64,000 bases of DNA from Trueperaceae bacterium (GTDB taxonomy: Bacteria > Deinococcota > Deinococci > Deinococcales > Trueperaceae). Where the stretch lies: NCBI GenBank assembly GCA_035703635.1, contig DASSXV010000075.1:1-64000 (forward strand), written 5' to 3'. Position numbers and translations under genes: made by a program. Shown piece after piece: positions 20,439 to 27,886 of the stretch (within the stretch, counting starts at the first letter, position 1; every line of letters begins with the position of its first letter). The notes under the pieces are model-generated. The model saw only the letters and a program-made list of their open reading frames with translations, made no database searches and was not told the origin of the DNA.

Positions 20439-21761
20439 TCAGTCGAGAGTTTCGATATTAAGGCCGAACAGTTTCCCTATCATCCGCAGTTCCGTGGCGT
20501 GATGCCCGGCCATCAAGACGGTGTGGTGGCTGCTGAGGTTCTCCACCAACTTGCGCCCGTCAGGTACGCGGATGACGCCGCCGTTTAGGCAATCGGAGCC
20601 GGGATATTGCGCGTAGCCCACTAGCTCCGCCTCCACCACCTGCAGAGTTCCAAGTGATGGCGAGAGTTTGATGAGGCTTACGGCACCTTCCGCCATGCGG
20701 GCGTCGATGGCGCTTGCGTCGTCATCGACGATCGCCAGGACCTTCTGGCGTAGCGCCCAACTGGTAGACATCGACTCCGGGAGCACGCCGAGGTAACCAC
20801 AATGTGCCACCAAGATGTGGTTCTCGGGATCGCCGACGACGGGGAACTCAGGAATGCGCTCATGCTTGAGCGCGGCCTGACCCATCAGGAACGGGTAGAG
20901 GTTCGTCATCATCAGCGGGGCCTGCAGGCTGGTGTGAAGCAGATGCTGTGTGAGCATCGAAACTACGTCGGCCTCGCAGCCCCAAGTGAGCCCGCGCTCC
21001 TCGTACAGGAGGTTCCATGCCAGGCACGGCGTGGAGTCAGAGAAGAAGGATTCGTTCAGGCAATTTATTCCGGCGCCGGTGATGAGCGGATCGTCGCCCA
21101 GGGAATCCTTCAACGCCAGGTAGAGCTTCAGCGCGGCCCGTCGACTCTGGTCGGGCATGCGCTCCATGTTCGGCTTGTGAGGCATCGCTTCCCAGGCGGA
21201 ATCGGCCGCGCTGTCGGGCAGCAGCTTGGCGTCGGCGCCAAGCTGCTTGAAGCTGCGTTTCTCGATGACTAACCCGAACTTATCGAGGATGCGCGACGCG
21301 CACTCATCCTCCCACCAATAGAAGCGCTTGAAGATGCTCGCTTGCATGCCTTCGCCTGGATCGTCTTGGTACACCACGAACCGCTGACCGTTGAGGGCAC
21401 GCTTCAAGCCGAGGGCCCGGCATACGACCCGCGCCTGCTCCAGATTGTAAGGAGCGATCACTTCGACGCCCGCCTCAGTCAAGTAGCGGCCGATCTCCCA
21501 GTCCCACATCGACATCGTTCCGAACTCCGATGTGATCACTAGCCGAGGGCGGTTCAGCGCCCGCAGCGCCTCGACCTCCCGGAAGGCGTCACCGAGCATC
21601 TGGGGGAAGACGACTGCCTCCGACTCCGGGGCGGGCTGCCCGAGATCGATGGGTTCGAGGAACGAAGCGACGTCACCGAGCAGGACCCTCAGATTCGCGA
21701 GCTGCGAGTCGAAGCCGTTGTCATGGGACGGGAAGCGCACGGGCAACAGTCGAGGCAGCAT
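20439..21761 (-). CDS. L-fucose/L-arabinose isomerase-like protein
   Basis: GINCL, PCLA, GCEAD, AHCGY and terminal SSHH...GH patterns typical of FucI-like proteins. Confidence 0.55.
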   Translation of the reverse strand: MLPRLLPVRFPSHDNGFDSQLANLRVLLGDVASFLEPIDLGQPAPESEAVVFPQMLGDAFREVEALRALNRPRLVITSEFGTMSMWDWEIGRYLTEAGVEVIAPYNLEQARVVCRALGLKRALNGQRFVVYQDDPGEGMQASIFKRFYWWEDECASRILDKFGLVIEKRSFKQLGADAKLLPDSAADSAWEAMPHKPNMERMPDQSRRAALKLYLALKDSLGDDPLITGAGINCLNESFFSDSTPCLAWNLLYEERGLTWGCEADVVSMLTQHLLHTSLQAPLMMTNLYPFLMGQAALKHERIPEFPVVGDPENHILVAHCGYLGVLPESMSTSWALRQKVLAIVDDDASAIDARMAEGAVSLIKLSPSLGTLQVVEAELVGYAQYPGSDCLNGGVIRVPDGRKLVENLSSHHTVLMAGHHATELRMIGKLFGLNIETLD

Positions 21762-21787
21762 GATGCCAACATGCTAGTGCACGCGGG

Positions 21788-21799
21788 TTGTCATTACAA
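21788..21799. promoter_or_regulatory. GntR-type operator TTGTCATTACAA between divergent genes
   Basis: Imperfect palindrome, third copy of the island motif. Confidence 0.65.
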
Positions 21800-21846
21800 G
21801 ACCGGTTTATGCTGACGTTCTCGAACGCCGTTCGCTATCCTCAGGC

Positions 21847-22893
21847 ATGACTGAACTAGCGTGGCTTGATGCTTGGCGCTCGGCGGGGCTGGGACCGCGC
21901 GTAGTGGCGTGCGGGGCTGGCTACCTACTCTCCACCGTCCGCGGGGCGAGGGCTTTCCCCTTGGACGAGCACGGCCAGCCACTACTGTGGGTAGCGCCGG
22001 CATTGCGGCCGAACGCGTCTCCCACTGGCAGGGCGATGGCGGACCACGAGTGGAACCTGGGTGGTGAGCGGCTGTGGCTTGCGCCGGAGATCAAGTTCAT
22101 GATTCACGATCGGCGCAACTTTGATGGCAGCTACGAGTTGCCAATCGCAATGGACCCAGGGGACTGGTCGAGTGACCCAGACGAGCCGGGGCGCTATCGG
22201 CAGGCGCTGGAACTGGTTGCACGCGACACTCAGGAAGTGGTGCGGTTGGACGTAATCCAGCGCTTGGCGCCCGCCGCCGACCCTTTGCGGCGCAAGGACC
22301 GCTCCAATGCCGTGCGTCACTTGGGTTGGACCCGTGAAGTGCGCTTGCGGCGCACCACCTCCGATCCCGAGTTGGTCGCATGTCAGGCGTGGGTGGTTAC
22401 GCAGGTGCAGGCAGGTGGCGTCGCGTGGGTGCCCGGGGCCGCCGGGGCGCGGGTCACAGACTATTTCGAGCCAATCGACGGCTCCTACCTCGGAGCAGTC
22501 GGGTCACACCTTTCGCTTAAAGCGGATGGCGAGCGGCGCTACAAAGTGGGTGTTATCAGCGGCGAGCACCGTGGTCAACTTCTCTACTGGCATGAAAGTG
22601 ACGACCGCGCGGTGCTCTATCTGCGCCGGTTCCTCGACCTCGCGTCCGGACGATACCTGGAGCAGCCACCCGAACTCTTGGATCACGAAGGCGACAGCGT
22701 GTTCGTGTACAACGACGATGGCAAGCACGGCCACTTCGGTGAGCTAGAGGTCCTCGGCCGCACCCTCGAGCCCAACCTGAGAACGGTCAGCGATCTTTTT
22801 GAAATGCACGTCTGGTGGGGAGTGAAGGATGAGGTCGTAGAGGTAGCGCGGGAGTGGTTGGGGGCGGACTGGAATCCGGAGGGAGAGGCGTGA
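21847..22893 (+). CDS. Conserved hypothetical protein (DUF6786-like, possible mutarotase-like beta-sandwich)
   Basis: WNLGGERLWLAPE and YNDDG...FGELE motifs; TATCCT -10 five nt before the ATG. Confidence 0.55.
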   Translation: MTELAWLDAWRSAGLGPRVVACGAGYLLSTVRGARAFPLDEHGQPLLWVAPALRPNASPTGRAMADHEWNLGGERLWLAPEIKFMIHDRRNFDGSYELPIAMDPGDWSSDPDEPGRYRQALELVARDTQEVVRLDVIQRLAPAADPLRRKDRSNAVRHLGWTREVRLRRTTSDPELVACQAWVVTQVQAGGVAWVPGAAGARVTDYFEPIDGSYLGAVGSHLSLKADGERRYKVGVISGEHRGQLLYWHESDDRAVLYLRRFLDLASGRYLEQPPELLDHEGDSVFVYNDDGKHGHFGELEVLGRTLEPNLRTVSDLFEMHVWWGVKDEVVEVAREWLGADWNPEGEA

Positions 22894-23102
22894 AGGTGAC
22901 GCTCCCATTGGCATCGACCCGTTCCTGTTGACCGTTCGCTAGCTCAAGCTTCGGTGCGGGGGAAGGCTGGTTGCATGGCGCGCGGGTATTCGGGCGGGCG
23001 TCAGACGAACCGAACCGCCCACCCATCTACGCAGTAAGCTGCGGTTCCAGGCGGAAGCCCATCGTGCCTATTCGCTCAACAAGGCGAAGGCGACCCTTCC
23101 GC

Positions 23103-24158
23103 TTACCTAAGTGCGCTACGCAGCGCCATGGAAGCGATGGCGCTCAGGTTCGATCGCAGGAACGCGTTGAGCGTCATCTGCTCACCGTTCGAGAAGGTGA
23201 GGTTGAGATCGTCGCCCAGAAGGCCGCTTGAGCCGAGCGTGCCCTCGAAGCTCACCGCTACGCTGCCGTTCACCGTGAGCGCACCACCGCTGAGGCGCAC
23301 GGATTGCAGGTTGCGACCGGCGTCCAGCTGCACGTCGCTGAAGTCGAAAGCCAGGCCGAGGCTGTCGTCATTGGCGGAGATCCCCAGATCAACGCTGCCG
23401 GAGTTGACGTCGACGTCGTCCACGAAGCAGCTGGTGGCATCGCGGTGGGCAGTGCCATTGGCCGAGAGAGCCCAGTTGAAGGAGAGCGCGTCGCCGCCGC
23501 TGACGGCCGACACCTTACCGCTGAGGGTGAATGTGCCGCTATCAAGGGGGATCCTCAGGCGGAAGTTTTCTAGGGAGAGCCGACTGGTTCCGTCGGCTAT
23601 GGCGCCCGAGGCGTCGAGGCTGGCGGGTTCCAGGATGAGGCCGCAGCCCGGCACGTTCTGCCAGGTGGCCGACGAGGCGAACTCGCCGATACTGGCGCCG
23701 CCGACGGTCACGTCCACGGTCGCGCCCTGAGGCGCCTCGTGCAGCGTGCCCGCCTCGTCGTTCGCATCCACGGTCGCGCCCCAATCCACGGTCAGTTGCG
23801 CTGCTTCCTCGTCACCCAGTTCGGGCCAGCGCAGAACCAGCTCAGCGCTGTTCTCCACGAAGAGCCAGTCGGACGTTGCTTCGTTCCACACGTACACGCC
23901 GCGCGGAAGCCGGTTAGGCGTCTCACCCGCTGGCAGGCCGCTTGAGAGGGCGCCCATCGTCCTGGCATCCAAACCGAAGGTCGCCCCCTGGAGGATGTTG
24001 CCCGCGGACGCCTGCATGTTGTCTAAGGCGGACGCCGTTGCGCTTGGGGAGTACTTGACGGCGGGCTGCCTGTCTGACGGGTCGCTACACGCCGTTAGGC
24101 CAATAGCAAGTACGGCGACAGCGAGCAACGGAAGACGCCAGGCTCGACGCTGCATCAT
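23103..24158 (-). CDS. Uncharacterised beta-rich lipoprotein
   Basis: Arg-rich N-terminus, hydrophobic core, lipobox LTAC; AGGAGA RBS. Confidence 0.8.
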   Translation of the reverse strand: MMQRRAWRLPLLAVAVLAIGLTACSDPSDRQPAVKYSPSATASALDNMQASAGNILQGATFGLDARTMGALSSGLPAGETPNRLPRGVYVWNEATSDWLFVENSAELVLRWPELGDEEAAQLTVDWGATVDANDEAGTLHEAPQGATVDVTVGGASIGEFASSATWQNVPGCGLILEPASLDASGAIADGTSRLSLENFRLRIPLDSGTFTLSGKVSAVSGGDALSFNWALSANGTAHRDATSCFVDDVDVNSGSVDLGISANDDSLGLAFDFSDVQLDAGRNLQSVRLSGGALTVNGSVAVSFEGTLGSSGLLGDDLNLTFSNGEQMTLNAFLRSNLSAIASMALRSALR

Positions 24159-24476
24159 GTTCTTCTCCTAGTCATGAACTCCTCCTAGTTGGGTCGACTC
24201 TGCCTGGTCGTAAGCACCGAACCGTGGAGGCGACCACCCTACTTCGTCGTGGCCTCCGGCCGGCGGCAGAGTGACAATCGGACGTACGGCTGACGGTAGC
24301 AGCCTTCTATGAGAGCCCTCCTCACTGAGCTCATGGGGGTGACTGCCGCCCTTGGCGCCGCCGACCACATCGGTCGGCACCTTCGGAGTTTCCTGCCTCT
24401 ATCATGGCCGCGGGACCGATCAACACCCTTCCCATCTTCTCCGTCGGCCACCCGCAAGCCAGTGGAGGAACACAAC

Positions 24477-25610
24477 ATGGCCCAGGAACGATGCATCGGT
24501 CACCATTCCATACGGCTGAGTCTCTTTGCCGGCCTCTTGCTAGCGACGCTGGTCGGCTGCCAGGCGCCGACTCCGTCCTCACCGCCCAAGGCCCTGAGCG
24601 TGGAGGGGTTGTGGCTAGTGACGCCCGCACCCGGTACCGAGTTCGGCTCCGGCGGTACCACCACCCTGGAGTTCAGTTCCGCCAGCAGCGGCGCCGCCAC
24701 CTACCTGAGTCAAAGCACCGCCAATGGCCTCACCACCTGCACGGAACCCGTGTACTCGCTCGTGTCAACGAACGTCCTCCTGCTCGATGGCACGTACTAC
24801 ACCTACGTCGCGGACGGTGCCGACAAGTTGGAGCTGAAGGCAGGCGCGGAAGAGATCACCTTGGAGCGGGTAACGGGCGCCCCACCAGTCGCCGCTTGCG
24901 ACCCAGCTTCGACCACGCTGCTCACCACCTTGGACGAGGAGGTGAGCTACTGGTCGAACCTGAACGCCGTGGGCACCGTCCTCTACCTCAACTTGGATAC
25001 GGCTGGCGATCCAATAGTCGGCTTCGATAGCGCTAGCGACACCATCGGCGCGCCGCGCACCTACACCACCTCGGTGAGCGGTGGCGCGCAACGCTTCGTG
25101 GTCGCGGCGCGCAGCAACGACCTCTTCTACGGCCAGTGTGCCTGCGGCGGCTCAACCACCATCGACTACTTCAACCTCGCCACCAACACGAGCGTCACGC
25201 ATAAGGAAACCGGCACCGACCTCGGGAATCAACTCAGCGTCCGCTTCGGTTACGCGGCCGGCGCTGATCTTTTCATCGGCGGCCCGGACTACAGCGGAAC
25301 GAACACCAACCTCCTACTCAAGCTGAACCCAGACACCCTCGATCTCTTGAGTTCCCGCAGTTTCATGAGCGGCCTGCCGGACGAAGGGCCGCGGGTCGAG
25401 GACGTCACTGCCCGCGGCGGCGATCTTCTGGCGCTCGTGGGCGACAGCATCGTGATCGTGGGCCCCACCGGCCGCGCCGAGCGCACATACAAGTTGCATG
25501 GCGTCGGCTCGAGCGCACCCACGGGCCTCACCACCGTCGGCTCGAACGTCTACCTCCTCACCCTCACGGCCGAAGGAAAGGGCATCATCTACCAGGTGAA
25601 CCTGCCTTGA
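24477..25610 (+). CDS. Uncharacterised lipoprotein (lipocalin-like N-terminal part plus probable beta-propeller)
   Basis: GGAGG RBS before ATG 24477; lipobox LVGC; Thr/Ser/Gly-rich beta composition; CxC motif GQCACGG. Confidence 0.75.
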   Translation: MAQERCIGHHSIRLSLFAGLLLATLVGCQAPTPSSPPKALSVEGLWLVTPAPGTEFGSGGTTTLEFSSASSGAATYLSQSTANGLTTCTEPVYSLVSTNVLLLDGTYYTYVADGADKLELKAGAEEITLERVTGAPPVAACDPASTTLLTTLDEEVSYWSNLNAVGTVLYLNLDTAGDPIVGFDSASDTIGAPRTYTTSVSGGAQRFVVAARSNDLFYGQCACGGSTTIDYFNLATNTSVTHKETGTDLGNQLSVRFGYAAGADLFIGGPDYSGTNTNLLLKLNPDTLDLLSSRSFMSGLPDEGPRVEDVTARGGDLLALVGDSIVIVGPTGRAERTYKLHGVGSSAPTGLTTVGSNVYLLTLTAEGKGIIYQVNLP

Positions 25611-25684
25611 ACTCGGCTGGGTGAGGCTGCCGAGCCATCCAGGATCGTCGCTCCCACCTCAGGTCACCGGAACGCTCGACCGCG

Positions 25685-26533
25685 TCATGGCGAGAGCGTC
25701 CGGTGGCGGAAGAGATAGCCGGCCAACGGCATGCACACCACGACGATCCCGAGCGACCATACGAGCGACAGCCAGATGTGATCACCAACTGGCGTGCCGT
25801 TCATGAGCGCGCGGATGGCCTCGATCACGTGCGTTACGGGCTGATTCTCCGCGAAGACCCGCAGGGCGTGGGGCATGGTGCTCGTGGGCACGAAGGCGGC
25901 GCTGGCGAAGGTCAGCGGGAAGATGATCAGGAAGCCCATCCACTGCACCGACTCGATGCTTCTGGCCAGCAGACCAAGGATGGCCGACAACCAGGAGATC
26001 GCGAGGGTGAACAGGAGGATGATCCCGAAGATCACGAGCCAGTCCACGGCGGAGGCTACCGGGCGGAACCCCACGAAGAACGCCGCCACGATCATGATCA
26101 ACGACGAGAGCGTGTTGCGCACGAGGTCCGCCACCACGTGCCCGGTCAGCACGGCCGAACTGGTCATGGGTAAGGACTTGAAGCGGTCGATGATGCCCTT
26201 CTTCAGGTCGTTCGCCACCGAGAGCGAGGTGGTGGTGGCTCCGAACGCGGCCATCTGCACCAGGATCCCCGCCACCAAGAAGTTCACGTACACGATGCCG
26301 CCCGTGTTGATGGCGCCGCCGAACACGTAACGGAAGAGCAGCAGGAACATGAGCGGCTGGATGGTGAGGCCTAGGAGTTGATCGACGTTCCGGAAGATGT
26401 GCTCGAGGCTACGCCCGATGAGCATGGAGGTGTCCGAGAATGCCCAGTAGAGCTCGGAGTGCCGCTTCATCTCGGTGCCGAACCTGCGCGGCGGACCGGA
26501 CAGTTGCGGACCAACGTCAAGCGAGCGACGCAT
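25685..26533 (-). CDS. ABC-2 type exporter permease (DrrB-like)
   Basis: QPLMFLLLFRYVFGG, GIIDRFKSLPM, FASAAFVP, ENQPVT. Confidence 0.9.
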   Translation of the reverse strand: MRRSLDVGPQLSGPPRRFGTEMKRHSELYWAFSDTSMLIGRSLEHIFRNVDQLLGLTIQPLMFLLLFRYVFGGAINTGGIVYVNFLVAGILVQMAAFGATTTSLSVANDLKKGIIDRFKSLPMTSSAVLTGHVVADLVRNTLSSLIMIVAAFFVGFRPVASAVDWLVIFGIILLFTLAISWLSAILGLLARSIESVQWMGFLIIFPLTFASAAFVPTSTMPHALRVFAENQPVTHVIEAIRALMNGTPVGDHIWLSLVWSLGIVVVCMPLAGYLFRHRTLSP

Positions 26534-27569
26534 GGGCTTCTCCCGCTCCCGCTGGCCGACCGCCGGTTTCGTGGCCGGTGAGCTGCAAGAACACGTCGTC
26601 CAGCGTCGGTTTCTGCACCACCATGCGCTCGAGCTCGATCCCCGCATCGTAAAGCGGATCGAGCACCTGCTTGATGGCGCGAACGCTGCCGTCGGTTGCC
26701 ACGCTCAAACTGCGCTCTCCTTCACTACTCTGTAGGCCCATCCCGAACGCGCCCACGATCCGTTGGGCGGCGGCGAAGTCGTTCCCGGGCGCTATCACCA
26801 TCTCTAGCCGCTCCGAACCGACCCTGGCCTTCAGCTCATCGCCCGTGCCCTCCGCGATGATCTTGCCGCGGTCGAGAACTGCGATGCGGTCGGCAAGTTT
26901 GTCTGCCTCGTCTAGGTACTGCGTGGTGAGAAGGATCGTCACGCCGCCCACCATCAGCTTCTCGATGACGTCCCACATCGCCAGTCGGCTGCGAGGGTCG
27001 AGGCCCGTCGTCGGTTCGTCCAGGAAGACGATCGGCGGCACCGCCACGAGGCTCGCCGCGAGGTCCAGGCGCCGCCGCATGCCTCCGGAGTACGTCTTGA
27101 CCATCCGTCCAGCCGCGTCCTCCAGATCGAACTGCGCCAGCAGCTCCTCCGCGCGGCGCTGGCTGACGGCCTTGCTCAGGTGGTAGAGCCGCCCCATCAT
27201 CTCGAGGTTCTTGCGCCCCGAGAGCAGTTCGTCCACCGCCGCGTACTGCCCGGTGAGGCCGATGATGCTGCGCACGGACTTCGCGTCGCTCACGACGTCG
27301 AACCCACCCACCATCACGGAGCCGCCGTCGGGTATCAGCAGCGTAGCGAGGATCCTCACGATGGTCGTCTTGCCTGCCCCGTTTGGCCCCAGCAGGGCGA
27401 GCATCTTGCCGCGCTTGACCGTGATGTCGATGCCCTCGAGAACCCGCACCTTCTTGAAGGACTTCGTAAGTCCCGTGATGACGATAGCGTCGTCCGGGGC
27501 CGTCGCCGCCGCGGAGTACTCAGGCTGCACCCAGTTGTCTGAGGCTTGTCGCCTAGCTGCGGTAGTCAT
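26517..27569 (-). CDS. ABC exporter ATP-binding protein (DrrA-like)
   Basis: GPNGAGKTT, GQYAAVDE, YSGGMRRRLD, LDEPTTGLDP, TTQYLDEAD, LDDVFL; GGAGGTG RBS. Confidence 0.93.
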   Translation of the reverse strand: MTTAARRQASDNWVQPEYSAAATAPDDAIVITGLTKSFKKVRVLEGIDITVKRGKMLALLGPNGAGKTTIVRILATLLIPDGGSVMVGGFDVVSDAKSVRSIIGLTGQYAAVDELLSGRKNLEMMGRLYHLSKAVSQRRAEELLAQFDLEDAAGRMVKTYSGGMRRRLDLAASLVAVPPIVFLDEPTTGLDPRSRLAMWDVIEKLMVGGVTILLTTQYLDEADKLADRIAVLDRGKIIAEGTGDELKARVGSERLEMVIAPGNDFAAAQRIVGAFGMGLQSSEGERSLSVATDGSVRAIKQVLDPLYDAGIELERMVVQKPTLDDVFLQLTGHETGGRPAGAGEAHASLA

Positions 27570-27886
27570 GCTCACCTCCGGAAGCTTCACGGGCAGGCGT
27601 GGCGGGACTCGGTCCGGTACTAGTTAGCCGCGCACTTCCTCCCGACCGATGGCCCTGCCCACTCCCTAGTGGCGACCATGGAGAGGCGGAATGCTAGCAC
27701 CGGAGTTTGGGCCTTAGCTGTGCGCGTTGAAGCTGGCTTCTCTCAAGGCGCCAGAGCGCTGGCCCTGGGACCCGCTATGGCCTACGTCCACGGACTCGCC
27801 GAGGCGAGCGGCGGCCCCTCGGGGCCGTCATCTCGCAGCTGGCGCGCACTGCCATGCGCCGCGAGAGCGCGGCTAGCCGACCGCCT

